Origin: Vicugna vicugna
Taxonomy: Eukaryota
Length of the DNA: 64,000 bases
Assembly: GCA_013265495.1 (NCBI GenBank)
Contig: MU058718.1
Location: forward strand, 1,612,001 to 1,676,000
Reading direction: 5' to 3'
Shown: piece after piece, positions 12,934 to 24,960 of the stretch
Layout: each line of letters opens with the position of its first letter
How positions within the stretch are numbered: the first letter of the stretch is position 1
The notes under the pieces: model-generated
What the model was told of the DNA's origin: nothing
Databases searched by the model: none
The model's input: only the letters and a program-made list of their open reading frames with translations
Position numbers and translations under genes: made by a program

Positions 12934-13392
12934 ATTATCTGGGATTTTTCTTACAAATCAAATCAACATAGACATATTGAGTGCTCACTATTTGCATGGT
13001 CCTATCCAGGTAAGTCTATTTGAAAACAAAGTAATTTAAACTTCAGCTTTTCTTTCAGGGTTTGTGATCACCTTGAAGAAAGGTATTGCCGTGCAGATCT
13101 GCACATACGTTTCCTTGAAACCAGAAGGAATATGTGATATGGATGAGAGCAACAAAATAAGCTAAAGCATTTTAATAAGTTAACCCCCCCAAAAACTCTT
13201 CTATATTTCAATTATTCCAGAATCATAATGCTTTAATCGCCTTGTTAACAGCATTGTACTGTAGCAGTTTGACTATAACAGTTTCTCAACTGCATGAAAC
13301 TTTTGCTGTATCAAACAGAGCATCTGCGGGCACTAATGTTTCCTTTACCTGTAATGCAATTTGTTTACAGTCACAGATAAAAAGTGCATGAA

Positions 13393-13520
13393 AGAAACTA
13401 TATTCAATAGCTTGTAGTAACCCATAATGAAAAAGAATATATGTATCCGTATGACTGAAACATTATGCTGTACACCAGAAACTGACACAACATTGTAAAC
13501 TTACTATACTTCAATTAAAA
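13393..13520 (+). mobile_element. Young L1 3' UTR, 5'-truncated
   Basis: 'aactatattcaatagcttgtagtaacc...gctgtacaccagaaactgacacaacattgtaa...cttcaattaaaa'; TSD AAAAAGTGCATGAA at 13379-13392 and 13521-13534. Confidence 0.9.
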
Positions 13521-15199
13521 AAAAAGTGCATGAAGGGCCTTGCATTTATTTTATACTCCAGCCCCACCAACACTCTCCATACAATCACAGCACATATGCA
13601 CGCACACACAATCTATACTCAAAGGATTCAGAGGCTGAAGGTTAAACACTCCTCTGTTAAGGGAAAAAAACAGGCTACATGGAGGAGGTTTTACTTAAAG
13701 GATGGACCCAGAGGAAAAGAATCAACCTATAGACACATTAACGGCTTCCAGCACCTCCAGAAGACTATGACATCATTAGATAATAATAAATATGCAGCTA
13801 AATCACTCCAGTGGCCCATGAAATAAATCATACATTTCTTCAGTCAAAACATATTCATTTAAACTGTGTTCTATCACTTGAAAAGAAATCGGACAAAAAA
13901 AAAATCTCCAAAGATACACTCCAGCTCTAAAATTCTATATGTTCACAAGATGTATCCTGGAGGGGAGAGGGGTAAAAATAAAAACTGAAGCAGCCTGTGT
14001 TGAGGAATAGGATAATTACATTATTTCAGGATGAATATAGCACACTTTGAAATTAACCTGACATGTATTTTCCTGCATCTATGTTTTATTTTTTCTTAAT
14101 GTCCAAAAAATACAGCAAGCTGATTATTTATCTAGGACTTCTACTTTTGGGAACCCAGTATCAAGAGGAAACAATAGAAAATGTGTTCCACAGACTGACG
14201 AGGGTGAGCCAGAAAATTAAGAGGTGTCTCATCAAAGAAAAAAGATAAGGTGAACTTAGTAAGGGAAAGAGAATAAGGTGTTGCCTCTTCACTTCCCCAA
14301 AGACTGGGTCTGCAGTGTGACCCTGGGCTCTAATCAAGGAAAGGTGCTCAGCTGAGGATCTGCTAGGCATTGTGATATGGCCTCTGGATCCCAGAAAGGC
14401 GTGACGTGCTGAATTGCCATCCCCCTGAACTGGCATGTCAGGGTCCTGAAAGTTTGAGAGTAAGAGACAGAAGAGGTGGAACCCAAGTCAGCGAACACTC
14501 CACATCCCCAGCAAATATGGATAAAGGAAGAGCAGCCCAAGTCTGGGAAGGTGGGGAAGGAAGACCCAGGTCATCTTCATATTTCGGCCAGCAGTGTTCT
14601 TACTTATTGTTTTCTGCTTCTTAAACTTCTTAATGTACTCTTTCCAAGAGTGCTTGCAAGATACCATTAGTGGGAACAAGAAAATTGTCCCCATTCAGTC
14701 TGGTTGATATTCGCAGGTTCACCAGAGACCAAAGTGAGAGGCTATTCATAAGCATCATTATCTGGACCCCCTTAAATCCTACTGCTGTGATGGCAAGAGG
14801 TTTCCAATAGCTGTTCTCTTTTCTTTTATACATTAAGCCTTTCCCGCTTCGAGGAAATCCAATGAAAACCTCACTTCTAGGGTTCCCTAAACCATAGAGA
14901 TTTCTCCCTTGCCTGGGAAGTCCCAGACTCCACAGTTGCAGTCCTTGGTACTCAAAATGTACATATTTGCATCGCTTATGCCAGGATAGTCCATGATCCT
15001 TACCCATGGTTGACATCATCTAATCTGATTTCCTCCAGTCAGTCTAAAAATTCCCCAACGCCAGATGGCAGGTAAAGTAAAAGTTCCTTCTTTGATCATT
15101 TCAGTATGTCTGAAATCTTAGATATGAAGCTACTTGGAAGATGAAGTGAGACGAGGACATGAATATCATACATTTGTTTAAGTGTTTATTCCTCTCATA

Positions 15200-15402
15200 G
15201 GAGACAACGTAGCATCATGGTCAAGGCTGTGGATTCTAGAGCTGGACTGCCTGAGTTCAAATCCCAGCTTCACCACTTACTAGCAGTACCACCTTGAGCC
15301 AGTTACCCGACTTCTCTGTGACGCAGTTTAAATAAGTTAATCAGTTTAAATGAGTTGATACAGGTGACAGTGCCTTGCTTATGGTAAATGCTAAATAAGT
15401 AC
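15200..15402 (+). mobile_element. MIR SINE
   Basis: 'ctgcctgagttcaaatcccagcttcaccacttactagc...ttctctgtgacgcagtt'. Confidence 0.85.
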
Positions 15403-15524
15403 TAATTAACTAAAATCAGATCCTAGTTTCCTTTCCAATATAAATTATAAACATGATAACTATGATTAAATGTACCACATCAGAGCCCTACCTAGCACCT
15501 CAATGTTCTTCTGGGTATTTAAGC

Positions 15525-15749
15525 AAGGATCCACAAACTATATGTAGTCCACAAGTCAGGTCCAGCACCTGGCCTGTTTCTGTAAAGCCCGCAGCTAAGA
15601 ATGATTTCTGCATTTTTAAGAGGTTGTTTAAAAAAAAAAAAAAGAGAAGAAAGAGCAGGAAAAGAACATGTGACAGAGTCCAAACATGCTGTGCAAAGCC
15701 TGAAATACTTCCTATCTGGCCCATTACAGAAGAAGGTTTGCTGACCCTG
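15525..15749. mobile_element. MER58-type hAT-Charlie MITE
   Basis: 'cctgtttctgtaaagcccgcagctaagaatg...aaagcctgaaatacttcctatctggcccattacagaagaaggtttgctgaccctg'. Confidence 0.8.
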
Positions 15750-16067
15750 GTACTGGAGTATAAAAATACCATTACACTCTGAGAACAAGGTAGTTTTCTC
15801 GAATATTTTGCACGCCTTTTGATTCTTTAAGTACCATGCCTTTTTCAGTAATTGGTGGAAAGAAAAGTCAGGGCTTGGTGACGGGAAGCTTTTCAGCAAC
15901 CTCACAAATGGTAGCTTGGCCGTTTCTGCTCCTTCATGGTCTTCAGGGAGGATCGGCCCTTTCCACATCTTCAGCTCACCCCTGGAAGCCCCCCCAGAAC
16001 TGACTGCACTGAGACATGCCCACCAAAGGGCACATGTACACACACAACCTCTCCCTTCCAAAATGGG

Positions 16068-16255
16068 TGGAGTGGTCAGATTGAACAAATAAAGAAGCCC
16101 AATTACCTTTCAGTTGTAAATAAACTGAATTTTGTTTAGTGTAAGTATGCCCTGTGCTTACTTATTTGGGTTATGCTTACACTAAAAGATTACTCACTGT
16201 TTATCTGAAATTCAAATTTAGTTAGGGCATTTTATAATTTTATCCATCAACCTTA
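16068..16255. mobile_element. MER53 palindromic hAT MITE
   Basis: 'tttagtgtaagtatgccc...tatttgggttatgcttacactaaaa...tgtttatctgaaattcaaattta' has the internal inverted symmetry typical of MER53. Confidence 0.85.
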
Positions 16256-16377
16256 ATATGGGGCATTCATAACAAATGATAGAGGGAATCGTGCAATGTC
16301 CTCCAACAATTTTTAGAGTCCTAAGTGGTTTTTTTCCCTTATTTAGATTAGTAACAATAGTTAACAAAACATTAGTT

Positions 16378-16612
16378 TACATTTATTGACAGTTTTCTAT
16401 GTTCCAGGCACTGTTGTAAGCACTGTTCGTGTAATAACCCATTATTATAATCCTCACAGGCACACACGAAAAAGGATATGGTACATCAGTATTCATATTT
16501 TCCTCATTTCACATATGAGAAAACTCAGGAAAAGAAAGGTTAAGTAATTCATGCGCGATCACACAGTAAGTGGTGGAGGTGGGACAGGCACAGTACCTGG
16601 CTCTCACTCCAG
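16378..16612 (-). mobile_element. MIR SINE
   Basis: 'catttattgacag...ccaggcactgttgtaagcact...atgagaaaactcagg...aggttaagtaatt'. Confidence 0.8.
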
Positions 16613-16705
16613 TCTAATTAGCAGTTAGTTAACAATTCCACCTGAATACAAACACGCTCCGCTGGAACACACTGGCCTGCCGGCTCGGCCTCGGCCGGGC
16701 TCTCT

Positions 16706-17042
16706 CAGTTTCCTCACGACTCGACATTCAGGAACTGCATCCTTGGCCTCTTCTTGTTCGTTAAATGCCAGCAGCCCCTCCCTCCCAGTCATGACAATAA
16801 GTGTCCCCCAGACATTGCCAATCCTCTGGACGTAGCTTTGCCAGATTTCTCAAATGAAATTATAGGACGCTCAGTTGAATTTCAGCCACAGAGAAGCAAT
16901 TTGAATCATTTTTCAGTATAAGTATATCCCATGCAATATTCGGAATATACTTAACCTCAAAATCATCTGTTGTTGACCTAAAATTCGAAGTTGACTTTGC
17001 TTCCTAGTTTGTTTGGCAAAATCCTTCCAGTCGAGAACCTGC
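16706..17042. mobile_element. MER20 hAT element, interrupted by MER53
   Basis: MER20 motifs 'gcatccttggcctc...atgccagcagc...tccccagacattgccaa' run to 16832; the MER20 terminus 'ggcaaaatccttccagtcgagaacc' resumes at about 17015. Confidence 0.75.
16833..17019. mobile_element. MER53 palindromic hAT MITE (nested)
   Basis: 'tagctttgccagattt...ggacgctcagttgaatttcag...tataagtatatcccatgcaatattcggaatatactta...aaattcgaagttgact'. Confidence 0.85.
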
Positions 17043-18329
17043 CTCAGAGGCCTAGTAAGGGAGCAGGTAGAAGGGGGTGTTCCTCACCCTTCTCTGTGCT
17101 GAGCCTCCGTATAATGCTCCAGCCAGGCAGCCAGAGAGAAGAGGACTGGACTCCTCCGGCAGCCGATTGAGGAGGTGTCAGAATCACCCCAGAATCACCC
17201 TGTCTCATCTCCGCCGACCTCCACACACACTCCCTGTTCAGCCGAGACCACGTCTTTCTCAGCCACTTTTCCAAGCTTTTGGAAGTCGTTTCTCAAGGAC
17301 ATGAAAACCCCTTGGGACTGTCTTCTCAGTGCTAATGGGCGTGGGCCTCCTGATCCCTCACGCTCCATTCAATTTGCATTATATTTCAGGGCTTTTCCTT
17401 AGAGTAAGAATTCTCAGTCGGCCTTGTATTCTTCAGTTTCTCCCCCACTTCCTGGGATCGCTAGACCAGCCTGGGCCTTGGGTCCCCGTGTTGGGTGCGC
17501 ATGCCCCCACCCTTTTGCTGTAACCAGGACTGGGATTCCGTGGACTGGGGGTAAGCCGCTCCTAGACTGGCCTATTTGTGAAGCTAGATTTCGGTCTCAT
17601 CCTCCTCCAGAATTCTGACCAGTTTATGCTTGGTACTCTAGACCTCGCTAGGCCCAGAATTCAGCCAGAACTTCCCCTCCAAGACGTGGCCCTGATACTG
17701 TGCCAGAGAATGGTCAGATTCCCTCTCCTGACACGGGAGCAGCCTAGTGTGTGCAGATCACCTGGAACCACAAAAGATGCCCAGGTGGCTCCGCGTCCTC
17801 CACTGCCACCTGCATGTCATGCTGCTCTGATAGTCCAGTTGAATGAGTTAGCAGACAGACAGACAGATGGGGAAATGCAAGCTCTTTCCTGTGAGTTACT
17901 CATCAAGGGATCAAAGCACAGAAAAAAGAGAAAAAAAAGTATTGACATGTTGGAAGGAAAAGAGGAGGAGAGGGAGAAGGGAGGAACCCTGACTCTGCTG
18001 CTACCCTGGACGAGCTGCTGAGCTCACCCCAGCCTACGGTGAGTGAGAAGTTCTCATTTACTGTCTCCACTGCGAGTACACACTAACTTCATAAATCCCC
18101 CGGATATAAATATTTTTTCTTTTTTAGTCAGAAAAAGAAAACAGTGACAATTCAGTCTCCCCCAAATCATTCATCCTATACCAACGATTTCCCCAGTTCT
18201 TTGAAGGGTAAATGACCTTTGCTTCCTTCTGAATGGTGTTTGTAAAATGAGGGAAACATCCAATTGCCTAAGCGCTCTTTATAGCTTTTTCAGCTTCTAC
18301 GAGCCTTTTTAATGGGTCTCTGTCCATTT

Positions 18330-18745
18330 CCTCTTTGCCCTTGGCTATAAGGACCACGATCTGTAGGCTTCTTCCTTCCTCTCTCATCATTTCTTTCCTG
18401 AACCTCCTCAAGTGCCTTTCCCCCTCTTTTCCTTCTTTCCTCAGCAAGGCTCGGTTTGGGGCCGTGGGCTTTCTTCCCTCCCTGCACACTCTTCTTGGAA
18501 GTTCCAGTCAGATGGCTTTAATTACCACCTGAATGCAGATGACTCCCAAATCTCCAGCCCCAGCCTTGACCTCTCACCCTTTCTTCAGTGCCATATTTCT
18601 TTCTGTCTGCAGAATATCTCTACTTGGGTGTCCCACCACCTCCTAAAACTAAACATGTCAGAAACGGAACTCATTATCTCTCCACAGCCTGCTTCGTTCT
18701 CTCCCTGCTTCTCCAGGGCCGTCAATGGCACCCTCCCGTCAGGCT
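18330..18745 (+). mobile_element. L2 ORF2 reverse-transcriptase fossil
   Basis: ORF 18412-18780 contains GFNYHLNADDSQI...ISTWVSHHLLKLNMSETELII, matching the L2 RT YADD region. Confidence 0.85.
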
Positions 18746-19419
18746 CCCACCCCTGGGGATCCCAGATGGGCACAGGGTAGGTAGGCCGGCACCCCCACCC
18801 CCCGGAAAGGCAGGCCTCAGCCCCCACATTCCAGCACAGCTGAACACTGCGCTCACCAGCTTCCCTTAGCACCTTAGAAAGGGACTTTGAAAGAACACTG
18901 TGATCTCAATTAACTTCACTTCAGTTCAGGTTTGTTTTTTTTTTTTTTAACTCTACTTTCTTTTTCATCCAACGGTTGACAAAAATTTAAGCTCTCTGCA
19001 GCATTCCACTCCTTAATACATCTTGAAGTCCTGGGGCCCTCTGAATTGAGAAGCAAATCACGTACCTCCTTCTGATTCATGACTTTAAATTATAGAATAT
19101 GTGAGACTGCATATTTATAAACCTTTTTATTTCCTCACATAATTAATAGCTGGAGTTACCAATTAAATAGTAAACTAATTAGTAATTAGCCTGAGAGATT
19201 GATGAAATGGAAGTTTCAAGTGATTGCTTCTATTCTTAATTCCTATTCTCTGCACCAAACATCACCACCACCCTGTCCCTGGGGGCTCGGTTACATGTCA
19301 TTATCTGTAGCGCTCCCCCCTCTCCCCAACCATGCGACAATAATTGCACTGCTGTGATGCTGTCTTAGAAATCACCAGGCAGTCTGCTAAGATATTTACT
19401 CATATGCAACCACTCTGGA

Positions 19420-19880
19420 AGTAAGCCTACAAACTAGGTTGATGTGAAATAACTCAAACTAATTTAACAAAGAAGAAAAATTCATTGCTCGTACGACAGA
19501 AAAATCCAGTGGTAGTGTGGGCTTCAGGCATGGCTTGATCAGTGCGCTGGCTCCATTTCTCTGCAGTTCTCATGTCTCGGTCTTCCTCCACTTGTTGGAT
19601 CCATCTTGAGGTTCATTCACCTCACGGTCACACAGAGTTGTCAGCAGTAATCAGGCCTACATGCTTCTTCATTCACATTCAAGGGGGTGCGCATTATCCC
19701 AGAACAATAAACAAAGGCTGCTCTTTATACTGAGCTTTGTACTGAGTTATCTGTACTGCATCCCTGACACCATCACTGGGACAAGTAATGGGAGTACAGT
19801 GACAGGCTAATATTAAGCAGGGCCCGCTCCTGAGGTGGGGGAGGGAGGGGTAACTTCCCTCAAAGCACAGCTTACACAAA
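19420..19880 (-). mobile_element. MLT1 (MaLR) LTR, old subfamily
   Basis: 'aactcaaactaatttaacaaag...gaaaaatccagtggtagtgtgggcttcaggcatggcttgatcag'. Confidence 0.7.
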
Positions 19881-19904
19881 GGAGGAGCCGTGGAATGGCC
19901 ATTG

Positions 19905-20035
19905 TGGGGCAACTATAATGTCCTGGTGTCTATTGTTTATATGAGAAAACTGACCGTCATAAAGCCAGGCAGTGATAAAGCTTGGATCCAAATTTGGGTG
20001 TCTCTGACTTCAGAGTTTGCTTTTAACCCCCAGGC
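19905..20035 (-). mobile_element. MIR fragment
   Basis: 'tttatatgagaaaactga...ggatccaaatttgggtgtctctgacttcagag'. Confidence 0.55.
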
Positions 20036-20581
20036 TGTAGTTCCTCCCTATAAACAGCTGGTTCTTCAAAACAGGGAGCTGAGAATTCAGAATGTACATC
20101 TCTTGGTTCTTTGCAGCTGCCACGAGAGGACCATCATTTGCTCCCATCCGTTCATTTTTCACACCTAACATTTGCACCACACTGTGTTTATATTGTTCTT
20201 TCACTGTCCTGCTGATGTTCACAAGGACTTGTCATTCAAGAGGAAAATGTGTCACTCGTATTTCAAGCAAACATTTTACATTTGGAGTTATTAAACTTAT
20301 CCACCTAAGATTATAACGTCCTCAAGACTTGACAGATGGCTGACATGTGTTCACTGTACCCTTAACAGGTCACTGGTACACAATGTCTTTCCTGTATCAT
20401 TAAATGATATCTGCCTCATGCAGGACAGTCATTCTTGCTCACCAACAAGTTTCTATTTAAGAGCCATTCAGAACATAAAAATTTTCAGACACATGTAGAA
20501 GCAATGTTGAGAGGCTGGAAAAGCTTGCCTTTCTTGCCTCCCACGTCCATGCACTTTTCTCCTTTGCATATTGTTTTCTAG

Positions 20582-20725
20582 CCCCCAGTATGGTGTAAAA
20601 GAAAGAACTTGGGCTTTGGAGAAAAGTGGAGTGAATATTGGTGCTTTCCCTCCCCCAAGCAAGTTACTTAACTTCCATGAGCTTGGCTTTCTCTTGATAA
20701 ATGGAGCTACTTCATAGAACTTCCT
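20582..20725 (+). mobile_element. MIR fragment
   Basis: 'gcaagttacttaacttccatgagcttggctttctcttgataaatggag'. Confidence 0.6.
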
Positions 20726-20739
20726 TCGTATTTTTAACA

Positions 20740-20962
20740 AATGCTTATATAAAGCACTTGCTGGTTACCAGGCACCATTCTTAGCACTTAACAACATGAA
20801 CTCCTCCTCTCCACCCTCTGAGGTCGATACCATCATTATCTTCTTTTTCTGCCTGAGGAAACTGAGGCACAGAGGAATTGCCCAAGGTCCCAGAAGTACT
20901 AAATGGTAGAGCCAGGATTCAAGCCCCGCCAGTCTGGCTCCAGAGTTTATGTTCTTAACTAC
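20740..20962 (-). mobile_element. MIR SINE
   Basis: Core 'tgaggaaactgaggcacagagg...gcccaaggtccca...ggtagagccaggattcaagccc'. Confidence 0.85.
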
Positions 20963-21334
20963 TCAAGTCTCTCAAGTTAAGAGGATTGAACCAGACGACT
21001 TGGGAGGAAGCATATTGGTTTATTACAGACGCCCGGTGTGCATGACAGCATCTCCCTTTCTTGTCCTTTAAGGTCCTTCCCAGCCATCAAAACACAAAAG
21101 ACCAGATTTGTAGTTTGATAGGAAAGGGCTTGTTAGTTTATTGGATTTTTTTAAGCCTTTCTTAATTGCACATCATTTTACGTGCTGTGCAAGGAATTTC
21201 AAGTGTCTTTGAACAGGTCAAAGAGATATTTCAGGTACGATGGAGGATTCTCGTTCCAGTGACCCTGGAACCTCATGCTATTCCTATTCGTACAGCTGCT
21301 CCTTAGGATTCCTGTAATTCATTGCACAGCAGCT

Positions 21335-21694
21335 CGGTGTTGCAGGCAGGATGCTTCCAGTTCTCCTCTTCCTGCCTCTCTACCACCCTGAAGAAAGGCA
21401 TGGTGTGTCACTGCTTTGGCCAATGGCGTGTGAATGAAATGACTTACATGGCTTCTGGGCAGAGGCTTTAAGAGCCAGTGTGATTTGCCTTTCCCTTCCC
21501 TTCTCCTTGGCTTAGAAATCATGGCTGCCCCCAGATAGCAGAGACCCCGTCAGCTCACAGGCGGAGTAAGGATGACCTAGGCAGCCCATGATGGGCACGC
21601 AGAGTAAGGGAGAGACACAACTGTGCAGCGTTACACCACTGAGCTCTAAGGGGCTTTTCACAGCAACACCACATAACCTGTCCTGAGTGATTCA
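21335..21694 (+). mobile_element. MLT1 (MaLR) LTR
   Basis: 'tgctttggccaatggcgtgtgaatgaaatgac...ttctgggcagaggctttaagagccagtgtg...ccactgag...cataacctgtcctgagtgattca'. Confidence 0.8.
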
Positions 21695-22143
21695 CCAGGG
21701 GCCAGAATAAGGGGGCAGTGTTCTTCAGTCTCTCTCCTAAGGTTGTTTTCTGTCCTGCTCAAGACGGCAGGTAAGAGACTGTACCAGCTTCTGTTACTTG
21801 GGGCCCACTCCCTAGAGTTGCTGGATGAGGAATTTCCCTCTGGCTGGAAACCAGCCTGTCCCCTAGCACAGAAAGAGACTTTCTTCTGTTTTCCCAGCCA
21901 GAACATAGGCTCTCCTCCTGACCTTTTTCTTCCCCTGCCCCTAACATGACCAGCTTCTATGGAGGAAAAGGCTCTTCCACCTGTATTTCTCTGCTCCCTA
22001 TGCGATCCACTCTACCATGTGTCTGTTATTTCCCGGAGCAAGATCGCCCCAGGGTCATGAACCAGAGTCCCTCCGTGTCCAGACCTTCACCATCCCCAAA
22101 ACTTAAAATGGGAAGTGCTGGTGGGAAAAAAAACCCTCGGTGG

Positions 22144-22157
22144 CCAGCAGAGGGCAG
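22144..22157 (+). promoter_or_regulatory. CTCF motif
   Basis: CCAGCAGAGGGCAG matches CCASYAGRKGGCRS at 14/14, with a TGG 5' flank. Occupancy is unknown. Confidence 0.55.
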
Positions 22158-22319
22158 CAGCAGGGGTCGTGGAGGGAGGTTGTCCATTAAAGGAGAAAAG
22201 GCTCTTTGAGGAAGTTCATTTAATCAGGAAGACCACAGAGTATGGGATTCAGGACCCTAGTGCAGGAACAGGTGTGGGTCACCCTGTAGTGTCTGTATGA
22301 TTCAGATTAAAGTGTACAC

Positions 22320-22425
22320 ATAAATGTCTCAACTTTAAGGCCAAGACTGTTCATACTTGTCTCCCCCAGAGCCCAGCACAATACTTGGAATGTAATAGAA
22401 AATCAATAAATGTTTGATAAATGGA
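22320..22425 (+). mobile_element. L2 3' end
   Basis: 'cccagagcccagcacaatacttggaatgtaatagaaaatcaataaatgtttgataaatgga'. Confidence 0.7.
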
Positions 22426-23364
22426 TTTTAATTGATGGTACATGATATCAGTGTAAACTGCTGGCAGATCCATTTTAGATAAAAAAAAAAACTAAGAAAG
22501 CAAAAAGAGAAAAGCATTGATTTGACTTCCATCCACATGAATTAGGATATTTTACAAGAACGGCTTACCACCTGAGCCTAATTACAATGTCGCACAATAA
22601 TGATGGTAAATATTATTAAATGTGTGTCAGATTAATTTTGCTGTGTGTTTTATTGGATGACAACAGGCTTCACAGTTTGCTGCTCTTGTAAAGTAGTTTG
22701 CTCATTGCGTCCATCTTAAAAAATTAAAGGCACCATTGTCCATGGACGCTCTACTGGATTGACTTATTCAACCGGATTGAAGTTCGTTTACGTGAACAGT
22801 AACAGAGCCACAAATCGGCACTAGTACCTTCTTCTGGTTAAAACAGTGCACTGCATAATTCTTATTCTTTTGACCTGTGCAGGGTGTTGAGAAAGAGGCC
22901 ATCCCTGTGTGTTTGGCCCACTCCACACTGGACTTCGCATTAAGCCTCTTTTTCCAAGTCACCTGGCAACTCCAGTCCCTCTGTCCGGCCCTGCGTCCTC
23001 AGGAAGCTCAGCCACAGCCCCGCTGTAGTTCTCACTAGGAGTTCAGTTCCATTTTGCCACATCCCTTTAGAATACCCCCATTTGCATATCCCCCCCAGCT
23101 AGACTCATTTCTTTCCCCAACTTTCTGTTTTCTCTGGCCTCACCATTCTCTCCGCCACCAGGAGACAAACCTCGTCTGTTCTCCTCCCGGTCCTCACTCC
23201 CTGTTTCCAATCAACCATCCTGATGTTTCCTTCGCCCTTACAGTTTGCCAAACATGCCTTTTCCCTCCATTCCCTCTGTCCTCACATCATGCGGGCCTCA
23301 CACAGGTCCTGAATGATTCAGGAACTCATGAGCGCTCCTATTTACACCCCATCTTGGGAGAGCC

Positions 23365-24016
23365 TGTGTCTGTCAGGGTCCAGGACAGGGACGGAAATAA
23401 TATATTATAAAGAACTGGTGCCTAAGTATCGAAGAACAGGACAACAACTTTAAGGGTTCACAGTGGTAACGGTTACAGGTGGTGGTGACCACCCCTAGGA
23501 CTGTGGGAGCAAACAGAAGAGGCTGGAATGATGGAAACTTAGAAAGAGGGGCCGCACAGAGCTGCAAACCGCAGACCTCTGAGGACAAGTGCCGTTTGGC
23601 TGGGGCTGGTGTCTCTGAGCTGAAGAGGGGAGGCCCTGTGGGGCTGGGACCCCAGACCTCTGAACAGATGGTGCTTCTCGGCTGCGGCTGGTGGTGCAGG
23701 GGATGGAGAGGGTGAGAAAGTAGGTTCTGTGAATGTTGGAGAAACTGCTCTTTGGGTTCCATGGCTGCTTCTGGAACCAACCATGGGTACCAGGTTTTGT
23801 AAAGGAGTGAAGCTGGGGTGATGTTCTCAGGGACAGAAAGCAAATCAGAAGCCCACAGGAAACGGGAAGAAGCAAGTCTCGGATTCTCCGTCAGCATCCC
23901 TGAATGGCAGAGCCTCAGGGGAGGCCACTGGCAAAGCCGAGTCATTCTCAGAGCCCCTGGCATCACTGAAGGAAGACAGAAGGGTGGCTTGAAGCTGAAA
24001 GGCAAGAAATGGCACA
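23365..24016 (-). mobile_element. Old ERVL-class solo LTR (LTR33/LTR41-like)
   Basis: Starts 'tgtgtctgtcagggtccagg' and ends 'gaagctgaaaggcaagaaatggcaca'; internal repeat cagacctctga occurs twice. Confidence 0.6.
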
Positions 24017-24842
24017 GACGACATAATGAATGAAGATCGTGTCACTTCATCATGACTCTCAGCTTAATTCCTTCTGGCGCAGGTCCAAGTGCTAAACCCT
24101 GGAACTAAATATATATTCTGCTCCTTCTTCATGTTTCCAACCCTATTCTCAACACCACAGATAATTTGTTTGAATCAATTTGTCTCTTGACTCTACCTGA
24201 CCCACCAGCTCTCCACTTTTCACCAGTACCACTTCAACTCCCTGTTACCTTGCCAGCTAGCTTACGGTCAGGTTCTGCCAGCAGTCAGAATTCTCCATAG
24301 CTATTTTCACATCAATTCATAAAGTTCAGGCACAAGTGCACTCTGGGGTTTCCTCTGCCACACGGAAGGAAATCCATCTCTTCCCTTAGAAAGGAGCTCC
24401 TTTAGTGGAAAGCACTCCAGCAGGGTGTAGAAGCACATAAGTAGGAAATGCATCATGTCGAACTGAATACAGTCTTACTGAGAGCCCAGTGGAGAGAAAT
24501 CCATCAAGGCAGCCACAAAGACAGCCCAAGCGTTCCTCCATCACAGCTACGGATGGGCTGTACCAAGAAACAGACTAGGAACCCATTTCTGTGACTTTGC
24601 TCAAACTCCAGAAACTCCCCTACTTGGAATTTCCTTTTTTTTCCCCCTTCTATCCATGAAGGTAAGCCCTCAATCTCCTTCAAGATTAACTTTCAGATTG
24701 ATTTCTTCATGGTACCATGTTTACCAAGGAAGCTGTAGAATTAAGTTTGAAGAAAATAGTTTAAATGCAGCTAGTGGTCACCCAGGGCAAATTCTATACC
24801 CAGAGATACCAACATTCACTCCTTATTCTGGCAAAGTTTTTA

Positions 24843-24960
24843 TCTTCTAAATAATTTTCTTGAGCTTTATTTAATTCTTTTTTAATGGAGGTACTGGGGG
24901 TTGAACCCAGAACTTCCTATATGCTAAGCACGTGCTCTACCATTTGAGCTATACCCTCCC
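24843..24960 (-). mobile_element. tRNA-Ala(AGC)-derived SINE (camelid vic-1 type)
   Basis: Minus strand reads GGGAGGGTATAGCTCAAATGGTAGAGCACGTGCTTAGCAT...GGGTTCAACCCCCAGTACCTCCA plus an A-rich tail; 15-bp TSD CTGGCAAAGTTTTTA at 24828-24842 and 24961-24975. Confidence 0.9.

Noticed and set aside
15519..16088. 189-aa minus-strand ORF
   Set aside because: It runs through a MER58 MITE and a poly-A tract, and the protein is not recognisable.
17578..18021. 147-aa plus-strand ORF
   Set aside because: It has a non-ATG start, a low-complexity purine tail and no recognisable homology.
23373..24005. Longest ORF in the track (210 aa, minus strand)
   Set aside because: It lies entirely within an old GC-rich LTR, has no recognisable domain, and several overlapping frames are open by composition.
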